Source: Candidatus Nitrospira inopinata
Lineage (GTDB): Bacteria > Nitrospirota > Nitrospiria > Nitrospirales > Nitrospiraceae
DNA length: 32,000 bases
Direction of reading: 5' to 3'
Assembly (NCBI RefSeq): GCF_001458695.1
Contig: NZ_LN885086.1
Coordinates: 3,180,001-3,212,000 of the forward strand
Part shown: positions 16,443 through 24,880 of the stretch, piece after piece
Layout of the letters: the number at the start of each line of letters is the position of its first letter
Position numbering within the stretch: position 1 is the first letter of the stretch
Made by a program: the position numbers and the translations under genes
The notes under the pieces: model-generated
Database searches by the model: none
What the model was told of the DNA's origin: nothing
The model's input: only the letters and a program-made list of their open reading frames with translations

Positions 16443-17753
16443 TTACAACGCCTTTGCGCGGTACGTCAGCATGCGCGGTTTCGCATAGTCGTCGATGATT
16501 CGACCGGCCTCATCCCGCTCCTTGTCGGAACGCAACGTGGACAGATACTTTTCCCTCAGCACCGGATCGGGAGTCGGAATAAGCGCATAGGTCAGCACCG
16601 CTTCCACGAACGCGGGGGTCACGCCGTCGGGGAGCGTCAAGGCAAACGGCACCTTCCTGGTGTTGCCTCCCTTGATGAAGGGGTCGGGAATCGGGCCGCG
16701 TAGAATCTTGTCGTACGGCAATCCAAATCGTTTGATCTCTTCGGCCAATACTCTCCCCTGAGCGTCCTTGGCCGTCACGACCAGAAAGAATTGCTTCAAG
16801 ACCGGGTCTCCGTCGGGAAAACTGTGCGGAAGACTTCCGATCTTGACCAGCGCGGTTCCCTCGAGCGCCCCCCCGGCGCGTTTCGCATCGATGTCGATGC
16901 GTGGCGTCCATTCGGCCTGGAGATTGCGGTTCCTCAGCATGGTGCCGGCTCCCACTACGCCTCGAAACCAATGACGCCCGATGGCCCTGGTGATGGCTCC
17001 CCGCCTTGAAGTCGAGCTGCCGGTCGAGGGTTCCATGTGGCAATCTTGACAGACCATGCCCGCAAGAATTTCTCCGGGCAGCTCCTTTTGCGTCACGTCT
17101 TTCACCTTGTCGAAATGACACGCCGCGCAAAAGGCCGCTTCACGAAACACCGGCGCCTGCGCCGCCTGATGGACCAAGTTCTCTTCAGGGTCGGCAAACG
17201 GCCCATAGAAGACGGGACCCGGTTTGATCCTGAACGTCGGCGGTGGATTCGGCGTTTGCTCGACGGCGTGAATCAGATGGCACGATGCGCAGCCGATGCC
17301 CTCGACAAGAGGCCGACCAGCCAAAATCTGCTCCGTGATGCGTTCCGCGTACCGGGGGAAGACCGCGGCGGCGGGAATGTGGCACGAAAGACAGCGACTG
17401 CGTTCGTCCGGAGTCGGATTCGTCTGAACCCACAACCCCAAGACCGTCCGAAACACGGGGGACTCCGACGACGTGCCGTGCAATAACGCCGCGTCGATTC
17501 GCCCGAACGTTTTCAAATCCGGCGTCTGCTCTCTGACGCCCTTCCATTCTTCATAATGTCGCACGTGACATTGCTTGCAGTCTTCCGATCTGACGAAAAC
17601 TTTTTCAATCTCGCTCACCCACCCGGACGTCTTCTCATCCTCCGACTGTCGGGCCGTCATCTGTGCCTGACCCCCCTCGACCGACAGGACGAGCAGCGCA
17701 AGCAAAACCAGCATCCCGATCTCCCTGGCAGCCCCCACCCGGCGCACCCGCAT
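16443..17753 (-). CDS. Pentahaem c-type cytochrome with a non-haem C-terminal domain (paralogue)
   Basis: Five CxxCH motifs: CKQCH, CLSCH, CASCH, CAACH, CQDCH. They are spaced as in 15063..16349 (for example YGPFADPEENLVHQ versus YGPYKDAVQNLAHQ). I prefer the ATG at 17753 (MRVRRVGAAREIGMLVLLALLVLSVEGGQA signal), because the track start at 17819 would overlap the upstream gene. Confidence 0.85.
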   Translation of the reverse strand: MRVRRVGAAREIGMLVLLALLVLSVEGGQAQMTARQSEDEKTSGWVSEIEKVFVRSEDCKQCHVRHYEEWKGVREQTPDLKTFGRIDAALLHGTSSESPVFRTVLGLWVQTNPTPDERSRCLSCHIPAAAVFPRYAERITEQILAGRPLVEGIGCASCHLIHAVEQTPNPPPTFRIKPGPVFYGPFADPEENLVHQAAQAPVFREAAFCAACHFDKVKDVTQKELPGEILAGMVCQDCHMEPSTGSSTSRRGAITRAIGRHWFRGVVGAGTMLRNRNLQAEWTPRIDIDAKRAGGALEGTALVKIGSLPHSFPDGDPVLKQFFLVVTAKDAQGRVLAEEIKRFGLPYDKILRGPIPDPFIKGGNTRKVPFALTLPDGVTPAFVEAVLTYALIPTPDPVLREKYLSTLRSDKERDEAGRIIDDYAKPRMLTYRAKAL

Positions 17754-17796
17754 ACAAGCCCCCCGGCGTATTCCGTTCAGACCTCGTCGACGTCCG

Positions 17797-18234
17797 CTAA
17801 TCCCGCTTGCAGCCGACAAAATGGAAATTCACGCCCCATCCGACCGGATCGCCGGGATCGGCCGGTTCATACGTCCCGACGGTGAAATTGCAGCTCTTCA
17901 TCGCCTTCTTCAAGGCCAATCCGAACTCCGTCATGTTCCGAATTTCCTGTTTGTCGATTTCCTTGATCACCGACCGAACCTTGATGCCGGCGTAGTCCGC
18001 CCGTGAATTGCCGATGACTTCGAACACCGCCACGCCTTGCGGCCGTTGGAGCTTCAGCTCCCGTTGGATCTCTTCATCCACGGCGCCGACCACGACTCCG
18101 AACTCTTCTCCCAGCCGAGCCGCTTCCTCTTCCGTCATGACCTCGGTCCGCGCCGCGTCGTCGGCGACCGCGAGATCGGCGGCCAGCAAGACGGCGAACA
18201 GCACCAGCGCCGGTCGGGACCATCTTGTTTTCAT
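17797..18234 (-). CDS. Secreted PDZ-like domain protein (145 aa)
   Basis: Signal peptide MKTRWSRPALVLFAVLLAADLAVA. The core FGVVVGAVDEEIQRELKLQRPQGVAVFEVIGNSRADYAGIKVRSVIKEIDKQEI follows the PDZ pattern seen in DegP/HtrA PDZ domains, although the usual GD and G positions are substituted. Confidence 0.55.
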   Translation of the reverse strand: MKTRWSRPALVLFAVLLAADLAVADDAARTEVMTEEEAARLGEEFGVVVGAVDEEIQRELKLQRPQGVAVFEVIGNSRADYAGIKVRSVIKEIDKQEIRNMTEFGLALKKAMKSCNFTVGTYEPADPGDPVGWGVNFHFVGCKRD

Positions 18235-18241
18235 TCGCCCT

Positions 18242-19072
18242 TCAGTTCGGAAGCGGATCGATATTCAGTTGAAACCACGGCGCCACGGCCTTTTGGCCGT
18301 TGCGCTCTTTGTTCTCCCCGTTCCATACGGCGAATGAGACGGCTTGAACATGGCCGGGAATCAGTTTCGCTTCGTTCTCTTGTTCCTCGCTCGCGAGCGA
18401 TCGGTACATGACCACGCGCCAAACTCCGTCCTTCCACAGCGCCTTGCCCTGCACGCGACCTTGTTTCTCCTTCGTCGTCAACGTGCTGAATCCGCCCCCG
18501 ATCAAGTCTTCCACCGAAGACACCCGGCGCGGGATCACTTCGAACGTTCGCACGCCGCCTTCTTTTTTCTCCGAAGCCCGAGCCGCTCGCCGGTCGATGT
18601 CGCTCTGCCAATCCGCCTTCCAATGCCACATGTTGATGTAGTGGTCCAGTTGGCCCATGCAGAAGAACGCCGGGGCGTCGCCGAGAGGAAGGCCGATCGC
18701 CACTCCGTCCCGGAACGTTCCCGGCGTAAGCCTGTCGTTTTTCGTATTATCCTGCCACTCGAGCAGAAAGGCGATCTCCCGTCCGTTGTGGACGGATCGC
18801 ACGTCGAGCGTCCGGGCGGACGGCTCCGGCCACGCCGGGCGCGTAATGATTTGCCCGCTCAAGGGGATCGTCATCCGCGGGATCCTGCTCCACGCGGCAT
18901 CGTCCGGGGCGACGGGGACGTCGCCTTCGATCAAATGAGAACGGATGCCGATTCCCTCCGAACTGACGAGAGGAATTCCGAATCCCCCAAGAAGGCCGGC
19001 CGTGAAGAGGAGACCGACGAGGCACGCGAGCAAGCGGGGACGGGAACTGAAGAGGTTTGTCATTCGCACCAC
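18242..19072 (-). CDS. EB_dh-domain haem-b protein (gamma subunit of type II DMSO-reductase-family enzymes; NxrC/ClrC/EbdC-like), copy 1
   Basis: N-terminal signal or anchor (LLACLVGLLFTAGLLGG). Contains FFCMGQLDHYINMWHWKADWQ, SSVEDLIGGGFSTLTT, WRVVMYRSL and FAVWNGENKERNGQKAV. The conserved Met (in CMGQ) and Lys (in ERNGxK) sit where the family has its Met/Lys haem ligands. GTG start at 19072 has AAGG 6 nt upstream; ATG 19063 is an alternative. Confidence 0.75.
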   Translation of the reverse strand: MVRMTNLFSSRPRLLACLVGLLFTAGLLGGFGIPLVSSEGIGIRSHLIEGDVPVAPDDAAWSRIPRMTIPLSGQIITRPAWPEPSARTLDVRSVHNGREIAFLLEWQDNTKNDRLTPGTFRDGVAIGLPLGDAPAFFCMGQLDHYINMWHWKADWQSDIDRRAARASEKKEGGVRTFEVIPRRVSSVEDLIGGGFSTLTTKEKQGRVQGKALWKDGVWRVVMYRSLASEEQENEAKLIPGHVQAVSFAVWNGENKERNGQKAVAPWFQLNIDPLPN

Positions 19073-19163
19073 GAAGAACCTTCATTCCCCGTCGCGCTGC
19101 GTCCAGCAAACGCAATTCTTCGGCACGCCGGGCGAGATGCGCCTGCACGGGGCGCGTATGGGT

Positions 19164-20456
19164 TCATGCGAGCCTCAGCCGGCGTATCCTGTTTTCTCCC
19201 CGTTCGCAGATGTAGAGACATCCCTGTGAATCCATCGCCAACCCCACGGGAGCGTTGACCACCGCCTCGACGCCGAGGAGGCCCTCGCCCGGCTTCAACA
19301 GACCGGCCGACTCTTTGGCGACAAACCGCGCGGCGCCGCAGCCGCCCATGTGATTGTCCTCATAGCCGCTGTCGCCGGTGCCCGCCACCGTCGTGATGAC
19401 GCCGGTCGCGGCGTCCACTTTCCGAACTCGATGGTTCATCGTGTCGGAGATGTACAGGTTGTTCTCGCGATCGATCGCCACCGCTTCCGGCGCATGCAGC
19501 ATGGCCCTGACGGCCGGCTTGCCGTCCCCGTCGTACCCGTATCGACACACTCCGGCCACGGTGCCGATCACCCCGGTCCGCCGATCGATCTTTCTGATTC
19601 GGTTGCTGCCCTTGTCCACAAGGTACAGATCGCCGTTCCGATCGACGGCGAGGCCGACGACGTCGTACAACCGCGCTTCCAGAGCCGGTCGCCCATCGTC
19701 AAGATACAGCGACAGATCCAATCCGTCGGAGCAAACCGGCATGAGCCACCCCTGATCATCGCTGAAATCGATGCCGATGGCGTCGCCGGAGAGCACGACC
19801 AGATTGCGGGCGACCAAAGGCTGATCGCGGGCTTCGTCTTCCTCCGTCCAGATTCCGGCGATCGTCGTCACCATGCCGGTCTTGGGGTCATACCGCCTCA
19901 CGCGGTGCGCCTGGGTATCCGCGATATAGAGCACGTCATCCTGATCGAACGCGATGGCCGCTGGCCAGGTGAGATTCACCTCCGTGGCGGGACCGTCGCC
20001 GTTAAAGCCATGCAGTCCCGTTCCGACCACCGTCGTAATGATGCCGGTATCGCGGTCCACCCTGCGGATGCGATTGCTCCCCGAGTCACAAATGTACAGG
20101 TTGTTTTGCGAATCAAACGCCACGTCCAACGGCAGGTACAGTCCGGCCTCGCCGCACGGGCCGTCATCTCCGCAATAACAGGTTTCGCCGATTCCGGCAA
20201 AATTGTGAATCGTCCCGGTCTGAAGATTGATGCGGCGGACGCGATCCGAACCGGACTCCGCGAAGTAGAGCCATTGTTCGTCTTTGTCCAGCGCGGCGTG
20301 GTGAGGAAGCGGAATCCCCGCTTTGACCGCCGGCTTGCCGTCGCCCGTGCTGCGGGCCTTCCCGTTGCCGGCAAACGTGTCGATCAGCCCGACGGCCGTT
20401 CGCGCACCCGTTTCTTTCGACGTCAATTGCGTGTCCACGGGACGGTTTCCCCTCAC
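19164..20456 (-). CDS. NHL-repeat beta-propeller protein
   Basis: Repeated NHL signatures: LYICDSGSNRIRRV, LYIADTQAHRVRRY, LYLVDKGSNRIRKI, LYISDTMNHRVRKV, LYICERGENRIRRL and LYFAESGSDRVRRI. No N-terminal hydrophobic signal is visible. GTG start 6 nt after the tatA stop. Confidence 0.9.
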   Translation of the reverse strand: MRGNRPVDTQLTSKETGARTAVGLIDTFAGNGKARSTGDGKPAVKAGIPLPHHAALDKDEQWLYFAESGSDRVRRINLQTGTIHNFAGIGETCYCGDDGPCGEAGLYLPLDVAFDSQNNLYICDSGSNRIRRVDRDTGIITTVVGTGLHGFNGDGPATEVNLTWPAAIAFDQDDVLYIADTQAHRVRRYDPKTGMVTTIAGIWTEEDEARDQPLVARNLVVLSGDAIGIDFSDDQGWLMPVCSDGLDLSLYLDDGRPALEARLYDVVGLAVDRNGDLYLVDKGSNRIRKIDRRTGVIGTVAGVCRYGYDGDGKPAVRAMLHAPEAVAIDRENNLYISDTMNHRVRKVDAATGVITTVAGTGDSGYEDNHMGGCGAARFVAKESAGLLKPGEGLLGVEAVVNAPVGLAMDSQGCLYICERGENRIRRLRLA

Positions 20457-20462
20457 AAACGG

Positions 20463-20744
20463 CTACGCGGGCGGGGCAGGTTGCACACCGGCTGGCGGCT
20501 GGCTCACAACGGGCGCTTGAGCCGACGGGGGGCTCGCCGGCTGGGGAGGAGTCGCCTGTTGTTGCGCTACGGCCTGAGCCTGGGCCTCCGCCTCGATCGC
20601 GTCCGCCTCGTGCACGGACTTTTTGAACCCTTTGATGGCTTTCCCCAACCCCTCTCCCAATTGGGGCAACTTGCCCGCGCCGAAAATAATCAGCACGATG
20701 AACAGAATCAGCACCAACTCCGTGAATCCGAGACTTCCAAACAT
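20463..20744 (-). CDS. tatA: Twin-arginine translocase subunit TatA/E
   Basis: [42 protein letters not shown] shows the canonical TatA TM helix, FG hinge and amphipathic helix. The C-terminal tail is Ala/Gln/Pro-rich. Confidence 0.9.
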   Translation of the reverse strand: MFGSLGFTELVLILFIVLIIFGAGKLPQLGEGLGKAIKGFKKSVHEADAIEAEAQAQAVAQQQATPPQPASPPSAQAPVVSQPPAGVQPAPPA

Positions 20745-20769
20745 GGGCGCGCTCCTTCGTAAAGATGGA

Positions 20770-21591
20770 TCAGGCTCCGGACTCGTCTTTCACTTTTTTG
20801 GCGAACCGCTCGCGCAATCGCTTGCGAACTTCTTCGGCTTTGTCGAACATTTTGCACTTATCATAGACGTTGATCAGATTGTAATACGCCAACGGCTCGT
20901 CGGGATTGTGCTCGACGGCGTTTTCCATGACGGTCATCGCCAAATCGGTCTTTTTATGATTGAGCGCGACCTCCATCAGCTTATAACTGGACTCCAAATG
21001 TTTCGGGTCCAGCTCGAGCGTTCTGAGATAACACTGGATCCCCATATCGATCGTGTTGTAATCCGACACTTGGGGATTGTCCAACTCGATATAGACGCCC
21101 CCCAAGTTGTACCACGCGATGGGGTCTTCCGGCGTGATTTCGACCAGACGCTCGAAAAATCCCTTCGCCTCCATGTACTTCTTTTTGTCCGCGTACAGGC
21201 GCCCCAGGTTGAACAACGCCAACACGTCGTGGGGGAACACCTCCAAGGCGTGTCGGAACTGGGCTTCCGCCTCATCCATCATGTTCTTCGTCGCGTAGAT
21301 CGTCCCCAGATTCGAATAATACATGGCCAGCGACCGGTTCATTTCCGCCCGCAAACCTTCAGCCATTTCGATGGTTTTCTTGACCTCCATCAACGCATCG
21401 TCGAGTCGTCCCTGTCTGAAATACAGCTCTCCGAGCCGGCTGCGCGCGTGAAAATCGTCCGGCTCTTCCGCGAGCAACTTTTCAATGCCGGCGATTTCTT
21501 CTTCGGGCGACAGCGGTTGATCGCCCGGATCAACGGCCGCCGAGCCTGGCGAGGGCGGCGTGGGTTCGGACATCGGGATCTGTGTCTCCAT
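20770..21591 (-). CDS. Tetratricopeptide-repeat protein
   Basis: 273 aa with several 34-residue TPR-like units (for example [94 protein letters not shown]). Confidence 0.85.
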   Translation of the reverse strand: METQIPMSEPTPPSPGSAAVDPGDQPLSPEEEIAGIEKLLAEEPDDFHARSRLGELYFRQGRLDDALMEVKKTIEMAEGLRAEMNRSLAMYYSNLGTIYATKNMMDEAEAQFRHALEVFPHDVLALFNLGRLYADKKKYMEAKGFFERLVEITPEDPIAWYNLGGVYIELDNPQVSDYNTIDMGIQCYLRTLELDPKHLESSYKLMEVALNHKKTDLAMTVMENAVEHNPDEPLAYYNLINVYDKCKMFDKAEEVRKRLRERFAKKVKDESGA

Positions 21592-21640
21592 CGGAAAGCG
21601 TTCCTTTTCTGTTCGAGTATCGTTCCCTCAACCGTACCGG

Positions 21641-22762
21641 TCAGGCTTCCTTCGCGACCAACGGATCCGACGATCCCAGCAACGCCGCCTCGGTCGCCGT
21701 CTGCGATCCTGCGACCGCCTGCCTCGCCCGATCGGTCGTCAACAACATCATACCAAGGATCACCATCAACGTCAGATTGGAAAACATCAGGGCATAGCCC
21801 GCGATGAACATCAGACCGATGCCGTACCCCGCCAGGCGTCCCATCAGCAACAGTTTCACGACGCTGTACCCCCAACACAGGAAGCCGACGAGATAGAGGG
21901 CGAAGGGGAGATAAAACGTGTAGCCCATGCCGAATTGGAAAATCCACCCGATTCCCTGCGAGGCTTGTCGAGCGGCGGAAGCCAAGGCCGGATCGTACCG
22001 TTCCAACAGGTAATCGAAAAAAATCAGCAGCAGAAAGACGGCGCCGCTTACAGCCCAAAACCACATCGCCCGACTCCGTTGACGCCGGTTCTTCACACGA
22101 AGGGAGAGTCCGCGTCCATAGGCGGCGTAGACCAGCATGCTCGCCAACACCATCAGCGCCTCACCGGCTCGATGCAACTCATAGACCAAAGGAGGCGCGT
22201 CCAACGTTCCGGCCAAACTATAGGCCGTGGAGACGATTTGGTAGTACAACCAGCCTCCGATGCCCAACACATACACGGTCACCAACAGGCGCTTGATTCG
22301 TTCCGGATGGGAAGCCCAGTACTCCACCGTCAGAAACGCGAGCGTCATCAGTGCCACGCCGTTGTAGATTACGGCGCCCAGCATTCCCGGCTGCACGAAC
22401 AAAAACGCAACGGTCAGCGCCAACAGCAGGACGGTGGACGCCATCGCCGATTTGGCCGGCCACCCGGCATCGGACCCCATGCCGCGCTGCGTCATGATCA
22501 CGACAAGGCTCAGGAACAGGAGCACGGCCACGATATTCAGCAACCACGCTCCGACCGCCGTCAACGTGGTGAACGTGGGAGTGATCCAGGAATGCTCCGC
22601 CGCCATCTTGCTCAGGTGCATTCCCAAGCGGGACGCCAGTCGATACAAAACCAGTTCGAGAAACGAGGCCAACAGCGTGAGTTTAACGGCGTACTCAAAG
22701 AGGGGACCGAAATCCCCGATCTTTCCCGGCGGCCGATTGCCCAGAAGAATGGAGGCCTTCAT
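21641..22762 (-). CDS. Polytopic integral membrane protein of unknown family (about 9-10 TM segments)
   Basis: 373 aa, dominated by hydrophobic stretches of about 20 residues separated by short charged loops. No Cys or His cofactor motifs recognised. ATG at comp(22760-22762). Confidence 0.75.
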   Translation of the reverse strand: MKASILLGNRPPGKIGDFGPLFEYAVKLTLLASFLELVLYRLASRLGMHLSKMAAEHSWITPTFTTLTAVGAWLLNIVAVLLFLSLVVIMTQRGMGSDAGWPAKSAMASTVLLLALTVAFLFVQPGMLGAVIYNGVALMTLAFLTVEYWASHPERIKRLLVTVYVLGIGGWLYYQIVSTAYSLAGTLDAPPLVYELHRAGEALMVLASMLVYAAYGRGLSLRVKNRRQRSRAMWFWAVSGAVFLLLIFFDYLLERYDPALASAARQASQGIGWIFQFGMGYTFYLPFALYLVGFLCWGYSVVKLLLMGRLAGYGIGLMFIAGYALMFSNLTLMVILGMMLLTTDRARQAVAGSQTATEAALLGSSDPLVAKEA

Positions 22763-22788
22763 GACGAATACGCCTTGAGTCGGCGAGT

Positions 22789-22818
22789 ATTATATCCATC
22801 GCAAAAAAATGAGGTCAA
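22789..22818 (-). promoter_or_regulatory. Sigma-70-like promoter for the membrane-protein/TPR/tatA/NHL... unit
   Basis: On the minus strand: TTGACC (comp 22813-22818), an 18-nt spacer, then TATAAT (comp 22789-22794). It lies about 27 nt upstream of the ATG at 22762. Confidence 0.5.
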
Positions 22819-22832
22819 CGCCGGACGGCCTC
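22803..22832 (-). terminator. Hairpin plus U7 tract after the radical SAM gene
   Basis: Minus-strand RNA reads GAGGCC-guccggcguu-GACCUC (one mismatch), followed by UUUUUUU (the plus-strand A-run at 22803-22809). It starts about 20 nt after the stop at 22853. The stem is short, so termination may be partial. Confidence 0.4.
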
Positions 22833-22852
22833 AAACCGACCGGATCACGAAC

Positions 22853-24634
22853 CTACGAACCGATCGCCTGAGGCGTTTGAATGCCGGCTTCCTTGGCTCG
22901 TCCGATATACAGCAATCCGTCGGCCATCGAGTAGTTGAACGGCAGTTCGCAGACCACCTCGCTGATCCGCTCATAGACGTATTGATAGACCCGTTCGGCT
23001 TGATCCGGCGTCATGCCGCCTTGTACCTCGTAAAAAAATCCGAGACTCAGATCCTCGGACGACGGCCGCATGATCCGTCGAATACCGTATTCGGCCGGAT
23101 CGCTCATGATCGGCGCCTCTTTCTCCAAATCGAACAGACAGGGCTGACAAGAGAAGCCGAACGACTCATGGAGCCTGCGGTTTTCCACGATGAAATTCAT
23201 GGTCTCCAGGGCCTCGTCCTCCGTTTCCGTCGGGAATCCCACGATGATGTAGCAGTGGACGGCAATCCCCAGATCGACGCAGTCGTCGGCGATGCGCCGG
23301 ACCCACTCCTGCTTGATTCCTTTTTTCATCAAATCCATGACCCGCTGATTGAACGATTCCAGCCCGAACACGATCTTCAAGCATCCGGCGTCCCGCATGA
23401 GCGCCAACAAGTCGCGCGTGAGATTTTTTTCGAACCGCATTTCGCAGGTCCATTTGACGTCGAGCCGCTTCTCGATCATCTGCTGGCAGAGCCGCCTGGT
23501 CGGCGCCAGCGCGAAACATTCGTCGGTGAAGAAAAAATGCCTGGCTCCGTACCGCTGCTTGAGCCATTCCAGCTCGTCGATCGTTCGTCCCGGATCTTTT
23601 TGCCGGAAGTTTTGATGATCCAGCGTGAGGGCGCAGAACGCGCAATCCTTGTAATAACAGCCGCGGGAGAACTGAATCGGCAGCACCGGTTCGGGCGACA
23701 GATAGCGATCGAGCGGAAATCCGTCGTAGTTCGGAGCGGGGAGTCGATTGACGTTCTCCGAGTAGAAGGGTTGATTGACGATGATCTTGCCGTTCTGCCG
23801 ATGAATCAAGTTGGGCACCTTGCCGTACTCTTTTTTACCGGCCAACTGGTTGATCAGTTCCAGCAACGCGGTCTCGCCCTCGAAGACGACGATGTCGTCG
23901 GTCAGTTCAAACAGGCTGGGGCACCGACGAACGTTATCGACCAGACGGGTAAAGATGCTCCCGCCGATCGTGACGTGCAGGTCCGGCGCCGCTTCTTTGA
24001 TCAGCTTGCAAAGCGTGAGGCCGGGAATAATCTGGGACGTGGCGGTAATCGACACGCCGATCAAGTCCGGGCCGTTGCCGATGATCGACGGAAGAAACAT
24101 CTCCCGCATGAGCGTGCGATAGGGATTTCGCGCTTCGTCGCACACGATCTTCATCAAGTCTTTCGAGGAATAGATCGAATAGTCGCCGAACTGATTGTCC
24201 ACCACCGTCAATCTCGTCGGAAAATAAGCGGACGAGATCAGCTCCAGCCACTTGTCGATCATGAACAAACTGGCGCGATAGGCGTCGAGATCGTAAAACC
24301 CCTCTCCCCGCAACGTCGCCTTGGCCAATTCGATCCGTTCGGCCAGATAGGCGAATCGATCGAGCGACTCGGTGACTTTGGCATAATGCTCCCGGCTCCC
24401 GTGCCCGGTGTCACCGGATGCCGTTCGCTCCAGCCGGCGATGCAAATCGATCAACTGCTGATAGACCCTCGCCCCATAGGTCCTGGTCAGCATGCGATCC
24501 AACAATTCGATGCCGAGATCGCGTTGCGACACGTCGGAGACGCCGCCCTGCCGAAGGAAACCTGTCAGGGACGGAAGACTCAAATACGGTTGGGACGGAT
24601 GCCACGTGGGTGGGAAAAGCAGCGAAACTTTCAT
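22853..24634 (-). CDS. B12-binding-domain radical SAM enzyme
   Basis: 593 aa. The N-terminal region resembles a cobalamin-binding Rossmann fold (IGVSITATSQIIPGLTLCKLIKEAAPDLHVTIGGSIFT). The radical SAM core has the Cys triad FSRGCYYKDCAFCAL (comp 23633-23659), which I checked against the DNA. FFFTDECF and KIVFGLESF follow. Confidence 0.88.
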   Translation of the reverse strand: MKVSLLFPPTWHPSQPYLSLPSLTGFLRQGGVSDVSQRDLGIELLDRMLTRTYGARVYQQLIDLHRRLERTASGDTGHGSREHYAKVTESLDRFAYLAERIELAKATLRGEGFYDLDAYRASLFMIDKWLELISSAYFPTRLTVVDNQFGDYSIYSSKDLMKIVCDEARNPYRTLMREMFLPSIIGNGPDLIGVSITATSQIIPGLTLCKLIKEAAPDLHVTIGGSIFTRLVDNVRRCPSLFELTDDIVVFEGETALLELINQLAGKKEYGKVPNLIHRQNGKIIVNQPFYSENVNRLPAPNYDGFPLDRYLSPEPVLPIQFSRGCYYKDCAFCALTLDHQNFRQKDPGRTIDELEWLKQRYGARHFFFTDECFALAPTRRLCQQMIEKRLDVKWTCEMRFEKNLTRDLLALMRDAGCLKIVFGLESFNQRVMDLMKKGIKQEWVRRIADDCVDLGIAVHCYIIVGFPTETEDEALETMNFIVENRRLHESFGFSCQPCLFDLEKEAPIMSDPAEYGIRRIMRPSSEDLSLGFFYEVQGGMTPDQAERVYQYVYERISEVVCELPFNYSMADGLLYIGRAKEAGIQTPQAIGS

Positions 24635-24696
24635 ACGATCGGTCGCTCCGTGTGCGTCGAATAATCGGGGTGATGGAATGAAACGGCCTCTCGTGG

Positions 24697-24726
24697 GTTA
24701 TAGCCTCCGACCGGATTGAAATGCAA
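24697..24726 (-). promoter_or_regulatory. Sigma-70-like promoter for the radical SAM gene
   Basis: On the minus strand: TTGCAT (comp 24721-24726), an 18-nt spacer, then TATAAC (comp 24697-24702). It lies about 60 nt upstream of the ATG at 24634. Confidence 0.4.
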
Positions 24727-24781
24727 CCCCGCTCAAGGTCTCGCCATCACGCACGGTTTGCGCTCCCCGGCGGTTGGACAG

Positions 24782-24833
24782 AAAAAAGGCCCCGGATCGA
24801 ATCGCCACTTCTTCGTGACGACGACCCGGGGCC
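24782..24833 (-). terminator. Rho-independent terminator after EB_dh copy 2
   Basis: On the minus strand: GGCCCCGG (comp 24826-24833)...CCGGGGCC (comp 24788-24795), with inner pairing TCGTCAC/GTGGCGA, followed by UUUUUU (plus-strand A-run 24782-24787). A second GC-rich hairpin (CGGCC...GGCCG, about 24850-24877) sits just after the stop codon. Confidence 0.6.
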
Positions 24834-24880
24834 TTCAAACGGCGCTCGGACTGTACGGCCCGCCCTTCGGCTCAGGCCGA

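Noticed and set aside
19350-20762. A 470-aa plus-strand ORF
   Set aside because: It is antisense to the NHL-repeat gene and tatA, and it has no motifs. The NHL repeats on the minus strand are unmistakable.
21560-24664. A 1034-aa plus-strand ORF, the longest in the track
   Set aside because: It runs antisense across three well-supported minus-strand genes (TPR, membrane protein and radical SAM). Its product is an Arg/Gln/His/Pro/Gly-rich low-complexity string with no motifs. This is a typical stop-free antisense frame in GC-rich DNA.
24635-24780. A possible cobalamin riboswitch upstream of the B12-radical SAM gene
   Set aside because: The predicted leader is only about 60 nt. I could not find a B12-box-like sequence. 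A cmscan would be needed for certainty.
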